The notes below the pieces were generated by a model. That model was not told the origin of the DNA. It searched no databases and was given only the letters and a program-made list of their open reading frames with translations. The position numbers and the translations under genes are program-made. This document shows positions 23,845-35,400 of a stretch of 48,556 nucleotides of DNA, piece by piece. How positions within the stretch are numbered: position 1 is the first letter of the stretch; the number at the start of each line of letters is the position of its first letter. This DNA is from Narcine bancroftii (taxonomy: Eukaryota). Location: positions 65,720,001-65,768,556 of the forward strand of contig NC_091470.1 of NCBI RefSeq assembly GCF_036971445.1. Direction: 5' to 3'.

Positions 23845-24620
23845 AAATTTATCGTCAAGAGTACATACATGACATCACATACAATCCTGAGATACTTTTT
23901 TCTGTGGGCAGAATCACCCCTTATAGGTATGCAAAAAAGTTGTATACATATGCATGTAAACAAATAAAGAACTGTAAACAGATAATGAATGTAAACAAAC
24001 TGACTCTGCAATACAGAGAGAATTTTTTTTAAATCAAAATGCACAAGTAAGAGTACTTAAATGAGTTCCTGATCGAGTTTGTTGAGGAGTTTGACGGTTC
24101 CTGAACCTGGTTATGTGAGTCTTATGGCAATTATACCTCTTTCCTGATGGCAGCAGCGAGAACAGAGTGTGCTGGGTGGTTTGGATCTTTGATGATTGCC
24201 GCTGCTCTCCAGTGGCAGCACTCCCTGTAGATGTACTATCGATAGTAGAGAGAGCAGCGAGAACAGAGTGTGCTGGGTGGTTTGGCTCTTTGATGATTGC
24301 TGCTGCTCTCCAGTGGCAGCACTCCCTGTAGATGTACTATCGATAGTAGAGAGAATTTTGCCTGTGATGTCCTAGGACTGTCTCCATTACATTAGGAGAG
24401 CTTTATGCTCAGGGGTGTTGGGAATCTCCACACCAGATGGCGAGCACACTTCCACCACACACCTGTAGAAATTTCCCACGGTTTATGGTATCATACCAAA
24501 CCTCCAAAAACTCTTGTGGAAATAAAGACCTGTCATGCTTTCTTCACAATGCCATTAGTATGTTGGGTGCAGGAAAGATCCTCTAAGATAGTGACTCCCA
24601 AGAACTTAAATTTGCTCACT
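23845..24620 (-). mobile_element. Rex1/Babar-like LINE 3' fragment nested in a SINE (SINE parts about 23730-23843 and 24621-24700)
   Basis: Reverse complement of the same family as 37770-39460. SINE sequence resumes after the insertion, with gggtt on both sides. Confidence 0.75.
24152..24353. repeat. 101-bp tandem duplication (2 copies)
   Basis: Copies start at 24152 and 24253; 2 mismatches. Confidence 0.93.
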
Positions 24621-24799
24621 TGGGTTGGTAGTTAATTAAGTGTAAATGGGCAGCAAGGATTTTAAAGGCTGGAATCAGCTTCTAATGTGTTGTAAATAAA
24701 ATTTATAATGTAAAAAAAAATTCAATACTAGAGTTGAATGCTATTTTGTTGGATGATGAGTATTCCCCAATAAATTAAAATTCACTTGGATAAAGACTG

Positions 24800-25490
24800 A
24801 TCTGAGTTCTATGTTGCAAACAGTCCATCCTCCCACCAATTGACCCCTTTGCACCTACCCCTGTGACTGCAAGAAATGCTGTACTTACAACTACACTTCC
24901 TCCCTCACCACTATTTTGGGCTCCAAACCGTAGTTCAAAATGAAGCAATACTTCACTTGTCAATCTGCAGGGGTCATCTCCTGCATCTGGTGCTTCCATT
25001 GCGATCTCCTCTGCATTGGAGAGACCGGATGCAGGCCCTGATATCGCTTCATGAGCACCTTCGCTCTGTTCGCTCCAATAGCAGGAATCCTCCAGTGGCA
25101 ACCCATTTCAATCCACCACCCCCCCTTACCACGGTGACATGTCTATCCATGGTCTCATGCATTGCCAGATTGAGACCACCTGAAAATTGGGCACCCTCCA
25201 ATCAGAAAGCATTAACATTGACTTCTCTGGTTTCTGTTAGCATGCCATTCCCTGCCTCTACCCTTACCCTAATCTCGGTTTCCTTTACTTTAGCTCTGCA
25301 TTCACAGAAAGCCACCCCTACCTCGATCAATTATCACCTTGGGCCTATGCTCCTCCCCCTGCCCCTTCTTCTCCACCATTTTATTCAGGTACCTGCCAGC
25401 TTTTTTAATCATACCTTGAGGAAGGACTTAGGCCCAAAATGGACACCATGAGACCTGTTTAGTTCCTCCAGCATTTTTGTGTTTTTACTT
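24800..25490 (+). mobile_element. Penelope-like element 3' fragment (GIY-YIG endonuclease remnant)
   Basis: Cys linker PCDCKKCC, then FTCQSAGVISCIWCFHCDLLCIGETG and EHLRSVR...PVATHFN. Pyrimidine-rich tail and degenerate hammerhead-like end. Confidence 0.75.
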
Positions 25491-25629
25491 TCAGTTTTTA
25501 AAGCCAGATTATTGAACTTTGAACTTCAGTGCTAATAATCTATTGCCAAACAATAAAGAAAACAATGAAGCAAAGAACCAATTTCAACATCCCAACATCA
25601 AATTTGTTAATATTCTTAACAGAACTTTA

Positions 25630-25900
25630 ACTACCAAACTGCCAGGTTCAGGAACAGTTGTTACCCCTTCACTATCAGACTCCTAAACAACAAACTCACA
25701 GACCAATTTAAGGACACTTACTTTGCACATTATTTCTTACTGAATATTTATTTTCTGTATTACACATTTGTTTGCACTGCCTTATGAGGAGGTTTTTTTT
25801 GTACTACCTAGGGTAGAAATTTTGCCTTGCCTGCAGGAAAAATCTCAGGATTGTCTGTGATGTCTTGTATGTGCTCTGACCACAAATCTGAACTTTGAAT
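25630..25900 (+). mobile_element. Rex1/Babar-like 3' tail
   Basis: ccaggttcaggaacagttgttacccc...tgatgtcttgtatgtgctctgacc; same family tail. Confidence 0.65.
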
Positions 25901-26395
25901 TTAAATAGAAACCCCAATTTTTAAAAAAAATGCAGTAATAAAAAAGGATTCCTGTTGAATGCGAAAAATAAATTATCAAAATCTTCTTGCCGGTCCATTT
26001 GGTTCATTTTCATGATTCAAACATGGCATATAAAAAGAGCATGGTCCTATACAAAGTCCAAGAGGTGCAGAACCTTGTAGTACTATGTGCAAAACACTGG
26101 GTACCCAATCTACTGAGCCAGATTACATGATTTTAGCAAGCAATTCCATGGCAAAGTGTTGGCCATCTTCTGCGGATTTCAGAAGAATGAAAGGAGGTCT
26201 TGTATTTTATTTTGAAAAGGATAAATAAAAAGATAGCCTCAAGATCAGAGAGTATCTAGGATGAAGATGAGCAAGAACTGCTTTTCCCAGAGGTGAATCA
26301 GTGATATTCTCTGACCAGAGGTTGTCTCATTAAATATATTAGAATCAGAATTTGTCATGAAAAAGTCACAAAATTCATTATTTTTGCAGCAGAGT

Positions 26396-26485
26396 CGCAC
26401 GGCACGCGTTCGCACGGCACGCGTTCGCACGGCACGCGTTCGCACGGCACGCGTTCGCACGGCAAGCGTTCGCACCGCAAGCATT
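26396..26485. repeat. 15-bp CpG-rich minisatellite (cgcacggcacgcgtt) x6
   Basis: 4 perfect copies plus 2 progressively diverged copies. Confidence 0.95.
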
Positions 26486-26979
26486 CACCGCAAATATTCA
26501 TGTAAACCACCTTACAATAATGAATAAAAATAGTGCACATGAAGTCAAAGTAAGGCAATGTATTTGGCTCATTGATATTTTAGATATTAGACACAGAAAT
26601 ATTTTTGCATAATAAGGGATTTAATGAGTATGAGGAAAAAGCAAATAGGCGGAGCAAAGTCCACAGCCAAATCAGCCATGCTTTTAGTGGATGCAGAGCA
26701 GGCTCAACAAGCCAGTGGCCTACTCCTGCTCCCATTTCTTATGATTTTGACACCCGTGCTTTGAAAAATGACTAGTACTTTTGGAATTGTGATTAAGTTA
26801 TTATTTAGCAGCTAAATATGAGGCATCTGTGCAGTTTAAAATTCAATTAACTAAAGGTCGTTTCAGTAATGGTAATCATGAAACTACTGGCTCAACACAA
26901 AAAACCTGGTCCTTTAGCATTCCCAAGAAATCAATCATCCTCATCCAGCCTCTATGTAACTCCAGTATTCAGAATTCTA

Positions 26980-27780
26980 AAAGGTTTACCAGTGGCTCCC
27001 TGTCCTAGCTTCCTCTTTCACAAGAAATACCTTCCCTGTATCAAAACTGAGAAGCTCTTTAACAGTGTGGTAAGTTTCAATGAGAAGATGAGAGGTTTTC
27101 TCATTCTTCTGCACTCTTAGTGAATAAATTCTAATCTCTTGCTCTTCAAATAGCAACTTGTCATCCCTGGAACCAGCAAGTACATATCCACTGCACTACC
27201 TCTATTACAACTATATCCTTTAAGTAAGGAGCCCAAAACTACACACAATACTCCAGGTGTGGTGTCACCAAGGCCATGTCCAATTGCAATAAGACTTACT
27301 TATATTTAATTAAATCCTCTTATTACAAAGGCTAACATACCATTTGCCTCATAATTAGCTATTGCACTTTCACATTGACCTGTAGTGAAACTGTTAGGAC
27401 CATGCTCAGATCCTTTGAATATACAGCATTAAATCTCTCAACATTGATCAAATAGTCTTCTGTTATGTTGTTCAAATTATCTCACATTTTCCCCACAATA
27501 TTTTATCTGCTATGTTCTTCATCCCTCAGTTTGATCACATCTCTTTACATCTTCCACTAGATTCTCAATCCCATACAGTTTTATATTATCAAGAAACTTG
27601 AAATTAGGAAACACTCCCCCAGCCAATTGTTAAGATAGATTTGGAACCCAACCATCAATTACAGCAGTATTCCAGATGTCAAGACAAAAAAGATTTTTTT
27701 TTTTTTTTAAATTCCAGCATTTTTGCTTTCTGACCAATATCCATTCTCTAAAGTCAGTATGTTATCCCCAATTCCACATG
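26980..27780 (-). mobile_element. Old CR1 LINE fragment
   Basis: gcccaaaactacacacaatactccaggtgtggtgtcaccaaggcc is the reverse complement of the LVxPHLEYCV motif. Confidence 0.65.
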
Positions 27781-27854
27781 TTCTTAACTGATCCATTTTA
27801 AAATTCTATCTTAAACTTTGCAGTAAGACCCAGTCTGATTCGTAGTTTTTTTTA

Positions 27855-28622
27855 ATAACAAATAACATAACAATTACAGCATGGAAACAGGCCATTAGGC
27901 CCTTCTAGTCCGCACCGAACCAAACACCCCTTTCTAGTCCCACCTCCCTGCACAATGCCCATAACCCTCCATCTTCTTCTCATCCATATACCTGTCCAAA
28001 CTTTTCTTAAATAATACAATTGACTCCGCCGCCACTATTTCTCCCGGAAGATCATTCCACACGCCTACCACTCTGTGAGTAAAGAAGTTCCCCCTCATGG
28101 TACCTCTAAACCTCTGCCCCTTAATTCTTAACTCATGTCCTCTTGTTTTAATCTTTCCTCCTCTTATCGGAAATAGTCTATCCACATCCACTCTGTCTAT
28201 CCCTTTCATAATCTTAAATACTTCTATCAAATCCTCTCTCAACCTTCTACGCTCCAAAGAATAAAGACCTAATCTGTCCAATCTCTCCCTATACTCTAGA
28301 TGCTTAAACCCAGGTAACATTCTGGTAAACCTTCTCTGCACTCTCTCCACTCTGTTTATATCCTTCCTAGAATTAGGCGACCAGAACTGCACACAGAACT
28401 CCAAATTAGGCCGCACCAACGTCTTATACAATCTCAACATCACCTCCAACTCCTATATTCCATGCAATGATTGATAAAGGCCAGCATACTAAAAGCCTTC
28501 TTCACCACCCTATTCACGTGAGTTTCTACCTTCAGGGAACGATGTACCGTTACTCCTAAATCTTTCTGCTCTTCTGTATTCCTCAATGCTCTCCCATTTA
28601 CCACGTATGTCCTATTCTGATT
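27855..28622 (-). mobile_element. Young 5'-truncated CR1 LINE
   Basis: 171-aa open frame MLRLYKTLVRPNLEFCVQFWSP...NFFTHRVVGVWNDLP, with one frameshift near 28450. Short GTTAT-repeat tail. Confidence 0.92.
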
Positions 28623-29079
28623 TTTAGGGCAATTTATCCTAATTTCTTGGCTTGACATTTAGAATGCATTTTTATTCTTTGTAACTTGACATACATTTTA
28701 TATGGCGATTAACAAGGATAATGATGTTTCATCTTAATGCTTTCTAGTTGAAATTTTATATTTAAATGGAAACTTGAACCATTCTGGCATTTGTTTATGA
28801 CCTTCTGACGACCTTGTTTTCACCTGACAGGGACTTGTACGAAAATTTCATTCAAGTCAGAAGGAAACGACTATGGCCATCAGCCTTATAGGCTGGCAAT
28901 TCCATTTCTAGCCACACTTTTACTCATTCCTAAATCAAGAGCCGCATACTTAAGGAGCTAGTACAAGTTATAGATTAACCAAGAATATTTTAAAATATTT
29001 TCCAAGTAAACCATACTGCAATAATAGAGAAGTAAATGAAAGAATTCATTGCAATAATTTGTGAAGCCAACTCGATTAC

Positions 29080-29364
29080 CTTGTATTCCAACCATAGTAA
29101 TGCACCAAATAGACTACTTCTCCTTCGTCAACTTCAGAATTTCTAATATTGGCTTCATAGATTTTCTGATTTTTCCCACGTCCATATTTTACTTTAACTT
29201 TGGTTCCAGAAGGGAATCGTTCAATTTCATCATCTTCCTCTTCTTCTTCTTCCTCCTCCTCCTCCTCCTCCTCCTCCTGTTCTTCCTCTTCCTCTCCTTC
29301 ATCGTCTTCTTCCTCCTTCTTCCCACCTTCCTCATCATCCCCATCTTTTTTATTTTCATCTTCA
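29080..29364 (-). CDS. ARID4A: ARID4A coding exon: poly-Glu tract plus N-part of chromo-barrel (Tudor-knot)
   Basis: Acceptor aaatag|T, donor AG|gtaatc, 285 nt. ...[19 protein letters not shown]...[10 protein letters not shown](R). Confidence 0.93.
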
Positions 29365-30149
29365 CTATTTATTGAGAAAAGCAAATCATTAAAATGTATT
29401 TATTCAGGAAAGCTTTTTGTGTATTATGTACTTTGCAATTAAGAGATTAGTCTGTAAGCAAATCATCTGCCACATGTGCCAAAACGAGAGGAAAAGTTCA
29501 TGGCTTCAGAAATATTTGTGGGCACCCTAAAAGATGAAAAAAAATCCAAGATCCTAGTTTTATGTTAAACTTGGGTTTTTAAAAAAAAACTACCAATTTT
29601 GAGTAACTGAGCAAGGGTAGCAATCAAAGAATGGTTTTATTTCTTGAATTTTTATGTGTAAATATTCACAGATAACACTTATTCTTTTTAGTACCCCCCT
29701 AACACAAGTGCCTTTCAAAATATTGAAAGGCAACAGCAATAGATGCAGTAAGCTTGAGCAGACAAAGAGGAGCCAGAGGAACAGAGCAAGTCAGACAGCA
29801 TCCAGAGGTACAGTCAACATTTTGAGACAGAAGACACCTTCTGTCCCACCAGTTCTGGGCCCCTCCTCTAGCTGCTTTCACCTTAATACATGTAATTTTA
29901 CCTTTTTTAAAATCTTCATCTTTTCTTTTTAAAATATCTTTATTGAGTTAAATAAAAAAAAATACACACATATTGATCCAATACACAAATTGAAAAATTT
30001 AAAAAGGAAATTTGCACTTCTCCAATAATACTCAAATAATACATAAAATCATGTGTACTCCACTCAATCAAACCTCTTGTAAAATCTCTCAAAGCAAAAA
30101 GAAATCAAATTGTAGTTTAAAGTGGTGCATGGAGCACATATTTCAAAAC

Positions 30150-30670
30150 TTAAACTTATCTCACTTTTATTCTGATATTGATTCATTATGTAAGAAATGT
30201 AAATTTAAATGTTACATATGGTTTGGACTTGTCCTCGTTTAGAAGAGTTTTGGAAAAATTATTTTCAAACTTTGTTATTTTGAGGATCTATTTGGATTTT
30301 CTCAAGAAGAGGAAATATCACTGATTTCACCCCCAAAGCAAATTTTAGCATTTACTTCATTGATATCTAGACAGGCAATTTTGATGAAATGGAAAGACAG
30401 TCCCCCACCTACTCATACTCACTGGTTACAGGAGGTCATGAAAAAAATTAGATACAATATCAAAGATTGAGAAATTAATTTTTAGAAGACGTAGGGCCTG
30501 TTCATGGAATATTACCATAATTTAAAAAAACTAGGATGTTTGGATGCTCCCGAACACCGCCATCTGGCTTTCGAATGTCGTCGTTCATTTCCTAAGTATT
30601 TTAGATATACAAGCAAACCTTTTTCGAGGGAGGGATTTCATTAATGGTTGGGGGGGGGGTCTTTTCTTAA
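30150..30670 (+). mobile_element. L1/Tx1-like ORF2 C-terminal fragment
   Basis: CKKCK...HMVWTCPRLEEFWK (CCHC region) and AILMKWKDSPPPTHTHWLQEV, followed by a G-rich 3'UTR. Confidence 0.65.
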
Positions 30671-30829
30671 TCTTCATATTGATAAAAGATTCAAAACATT
30701 GACTGACAATTTTTACCTATGGATGCCATCTGATCCAACAATTTTCACCAACCATTCTTTGTCTCATCACCATGAACATACCTATTTACAAATTATACAC
30801 AAAAGAACATGATTGTATGCAACACATAC

Positions 30830-31089
30830 TTGTTTTGTCTATCCCCGTGGTTTCCTTCCCTGCCTTCATCGCTTTCGACAGATTTCTTCTCAGATTCATC
30901 TTTTTTATTCTTCTCTGCTCTATTTTTGGGTGTGGACATATTTTTCTGCTGTGCTGCATCCATTTCTTTCTCTTGCTTTTTAAAGTCTTCCTTAGAGTCT
31001 TTATTTTCTTTATTGTTTTCCTCATTCAACTTTTCTTCTTTAATTATTTCCTTGATTTCTTTTTTGGCAGGTGGATTTCTCCTTCGACC
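30830..31089 (-). CDS. ARID4A: ARID4A coding exon (charged linker)
   Basis: Acceptor tctttag|GGT, donor AA|gtatgt, 260 nt, phase 0 to 2. GRRRNPPAKKEIKE...GDRQN; fits both neighbours in frame. Confidence 0.88.
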
Positions 31090-31659
31090 CTAAAGATGAA
31101 TAGTTAAGTTTAACACATTTACATTCAAAACTGCAACAAGAGTCCTCAATCTGAAACATTACTGTTTTCCCTTCTATATGCTGCCCCTTTGCTGAGCAAT
31201 TCCAGCAACTGTGGAATTTTTTTTCCAGAATTCTTATAATACAAGATGTAAAACAGAAGTAGTTTTGATTGTGATGCTATTCACATGCAACAAGAAATGT
31301 TATGTAAACAAATGTGTGGGATGCAAACAGTGTTTGTGGACTGGCGTTCTGCAGTGGAAAACTAGGAAATAGTTACTGCACTTTTTGAAAGGCAATGGCC
31401 AAGCTGTCGAATTAATACCATCTTTTTACCATGATCTTCCAAAACTACCTTTTCACTTCCTCTCCATGCCAGACTAAATGCTATTCAGCAGTCCTCTTTA
31501 TTGGTGAATCCCACTCCTGCTGACAACATTGGTCCACATGGAAGAGATTATGACCGCACATGCTGATCATGTCAGCATTAAATCGAGTTCTGATAACTGG
31601 AAACCATGCATATAGATGTGCACCATTGCATTTTGCATTATAACTGCAAGTGCAATTGT

Positions 31660-32130
31660 TCCTAAACCTGGTGGTATGTGTTTTGTGACACCAGTACTTC
31701 TTTCCTGATGGCAGCAGCGAGAACAAAGCACGTACTGGGTGAAAAAAGAAAGACAACATTCAGAAGCCGGACAGTGGTGTTCAGGAGCATCCAAAAACCT
31801 TAGTTTGTTAAATTAAGGTAATACTCCTTAACAATTGCTGCTGCTCTCCAACGGCAGTATTTCATAGATTTTCTTGATGGAGGGGAGTGTTTTGACTGCA
31901 TTGTACTCAGCTGTGTCCACCTTTTCAAGGGCTTTCCACTCAGGAGGTATTGATAGCCCCATACAAGGCTGTGATACAGCCTATCAGGACACTTTCCACT
32001 ACAGATCTGTTGAAGTTTGCTAAAATTTCTGATGTAAAACTGAACCTACGAAACTCCTGAGGAATTAGAGGCAGTGACAAATATTTCTTTGCGGCAACAT
32101 TTATCAGTTGCATCACTTGTTTCCCCACCA
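31660..32130 (-). mobile_element. Rex1/Babar-like LINE fragment
   Basis: ALFSLLPSGKKY...HTTRFRN; FNRSVVESVLIGCITALYG. Confidence 0.75.
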
Positions 32131-32441
32131 TCTCAAAATTGCTAACTCAATTTACACACAATTTTTCCATTGTCTGGATGCTTATGAATATTCCTTTTAA
32201 ATTTAGATTTTTTTTTGTTCCTCCGATTTTTCAAATTTAATATACCAGAACCTGTTTCTGTCAAAATGGGATTTCGATTGTTTATGGGAAATTCTTATGC
32301 TAATAGAGATTGTGAAATAAGGCAGTAAGTGTGTGTAAACACCTTCAAAGAGATTATAGCAAAGCATACGAGTACACTCTACAATTCAAAAGAACCTTGA
32401 TTTTTTTTTCCATTGGTGTATTTTCACTGTAAAGCTACTTA

Positions 32442-35400
32442 AATTAACTTTGGTATCAATAAGAGCTAGGTTCTGTCATTCGGTGGACCAGGTGAATTAG
32501 CTTTGGTATCAATAAGAGCTAGGTTCTGTCATTCGGTGGACCAGGTGAATTAGCTTTGGTATCAATAAGAGCTAGGTTCTGTCATTCGGTGGACCAGGTG
32601 AATTAGCTTTGGTATCAATAAGAGCTAGGTTCTGTCATTCGGTGGACCAGGTGAATTAGCTTTGGTATCAATAAGAGCTAGGTTCTGTCATTCGGTGGAC
32701 CAGGTGAATTAGCTTTGGTATCAATAAGAGCTAGGTTCTGTCATTCGGTGGACCAGGTGAATTAGCTTTGGTATCAATAAGAGCTAGGTTCTGTCATTCG
32801 GTGGACCAGGTGAATTAACTTTGGTATTAATAAGAGCTAGGTTCTGTCATTCGGTGGACCAGGTGAATTAACTTTGGTATCAATAAGAGCTAGGTTCTGT
32901 CATTCGGTGGACCAGGTGAATTAACTTTGGTATCAATAAGAGCTAGGTTCTGTCATTCGGTGGACCAGGTGAATTAACTTTGGTATCAATAAGAGCTAGG
33001 TTCTGTCATTCGGTGGACCAGGTGAATTAACTTTGGTATCAATAAGAGCTAGGTTCTGTCATTCGGTGGACCAGGTGAATTAACTTTGGTATCAATAAGA
33101 GCTAGGTTCTGTCATTCGGTGGACCAGGTGAATTAACTTTGGTATCAATAAGAGCTAGGTTCTGTCATTCGGTGGACCAGGTGAATTAACTTTGGTATCA
33201 ATAAGAGCTAGGTTCTGTCATTCGGTGGACCAGGTGAATTAACTTTGGTATCAATAAGAGCTAGGTTCTGTCATTCGGTGGACCAGGTGAATTAACTTTG
33301 GTATCAATAAGAGCTAGGTTCTGTCATTCGGTGGACCAGGTGAATTAACTTTGGTATCAATAAGAGCTAGGTTCTGTCATTCGGTGGACCAGGTGAATTA
33401 ACTTTGGTATCAATAAGAGCTAGGTTCTGTCATTCGGTGGACCAGGTGAATTAACTTTGGTATCAATAAGAGCTAGGTTCTGTCATTCGGTGGACCAGGT
33501 GAATTAACTTTGGTATCAATAAGAGCTAGGTTCTGTCATTCGGTGGACCAGGTGAATTAACTTTGGTATCAATAAGAGCTAGGTTCTGTCATTCGGTGGA
33601 CCAGGTGAATTAACTTTGGTATCAATAAGAGCTAGGTTCTGTCATTCGGTGGACCAGGTGAATTAACTTTGGTATCAATAAGAGCTAGGTTCTGTCATTC
33701 GGTGGACCAGGTGAATTAGCTTTGGTATCAATAAGAGCTAGGTTCTGTCATTCGGTGGACCAGGTGAATTAGCTTTGGTATCAATAAGAGCTAGGTTCTG
33801 TCATTCGGTGGACCAGGTGAATTAGCTTTGGTATCAATAAGAGCTAGGTTCTGTCATTCGGTGGACCAGGTGAATTAGCTTTGGTATCAATAAGAGCTAG
33901 GTTCTGTCATTCGGTGGACCAGGTGAATTAGCTTTGGTATCAATAAGAGCTAGGTTCTGTCATTCGGTGGACCAGGTGAATTAGCTTTGGTATCAATAAG
34001 AGCTAGGTTCTGTCATTCGGTGGACCAGGTGAATTAGCTTTGGTATCAATAAGAGCTAGGTTCTGTCATTCGGTGGACCAGGTGAATTAGCTTTGGTATC
34101 AATAAGAGCTAGGTTCTGTCATTCGGTGGACCAGGTGAATTAACTTTGGTATCAATAAGAGCTAGGTTCTGTCATTCGGTGGACCAGGTGAATTAACTTT
34201 GGTATCAATAAGAGCTAGGTTCTGTCATTCGGTGGACCAGGTGAATTAACTTTGGTATCAATAAGAGCTAGGTTCTGTCATTCGGTGGACCAGGTGAATT
34301 AACTTTGGTATCAATAAGAGCTAGGTTCTGTCATTCGGTGGACCAGGTGAATTAACTTTGGTATCAATAAGAGCTAGGTTCTGTCATTCGGTGGACCAGG
34401 TGAATTAACTTTGGTATCAATAAGAGCTAGGTTCTGTCATTCGGTGGACCAGGTGAATTAACTTTGGTATCAATAAGAGCTAGGTTCTGTCATTCGGTGG
34501 ACCAGGTGAATTAACTTTGGTATCAATAAGAGCTAGGTTCTGTCATTCGGTGGACCAGGTGAATTAACTTTGGTATCAATAAGAGCTAGGTTCTGTCATT
34601 CGGTGGACCAGGTGAATTAACTTTGGTATCAATAAGAGCTAGGTTCTGTCATTCGGTGGACCAGGTGAATTAACTTTGGTATCAATAAGAGCTAGGTTCT
34701 GTCATTCGGTGGACCAGGTGAATTAACTTTGGTATCAATAAGAGCTAGGTTCTGTCATTCGGTGGACCAGGTGAATTAACTTTGGTATCAATAAGAGCTA
34801 GGTTCTGTCATTCGGTGGACCAGGTGAATTAGCTTTGGTATCAATAAGAGCTAGGTTCTGTCATTCGGTGGACCAGGTGAATTAGCTTTGGTATCAATAA
34901 GAGCTAGGTTCTGTCATTCGGTGGACCAGGTGAATTAGCTTTGGTATCAATAAGAGCTAGGTTCTGTCATTCGGTGGACCAGGTGAATTAGCTTTGGTAT
35001 CAATAAGAGCTAGGTTCTGTCATTCGGTGGACCAGGTGAATTAGCTTTGGTATCAATAAGAGCTAGGTTCTGTCATTCGGTGGACCAGGTGAATTAGCTT
35101 TGGTATCAATAAGAGCTAGGTTCTGTCATCCGGTGGACCAGGTGAATTAACTTTGGTATCAATAAGAGCTAGGTTCTGTCATCCGGTGGACCAGGTGAAT
35201 TAACTTTGGTATCAATAAGAGCTAGGTTCTGTCATTCGGTGGACCAGGTGAATTAACTTTGGTATCAATAAGAGCTAGGTTCTGTCATTCGGTGGACCAG
35301 GTGAATTAACTTTGGTATCAATAAGAGCTAGGTTCTGTCATTCGGTGGACCAGGTGAATTAACTTTGGTATCAATAAGAGCTAGGTTCTGTCATTCGGTG

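Noticed and set aside
24876-25451. 191-aa plus ORF as a host gene
   Set aside because: Frameshifted composite over a Penelope-like GIY-YIG remnant.
26245-26558. RTRAV / CERVP repeat peptides
   Set aside because: Translation artefacts of the 15-bp minisatellite; no splice context.
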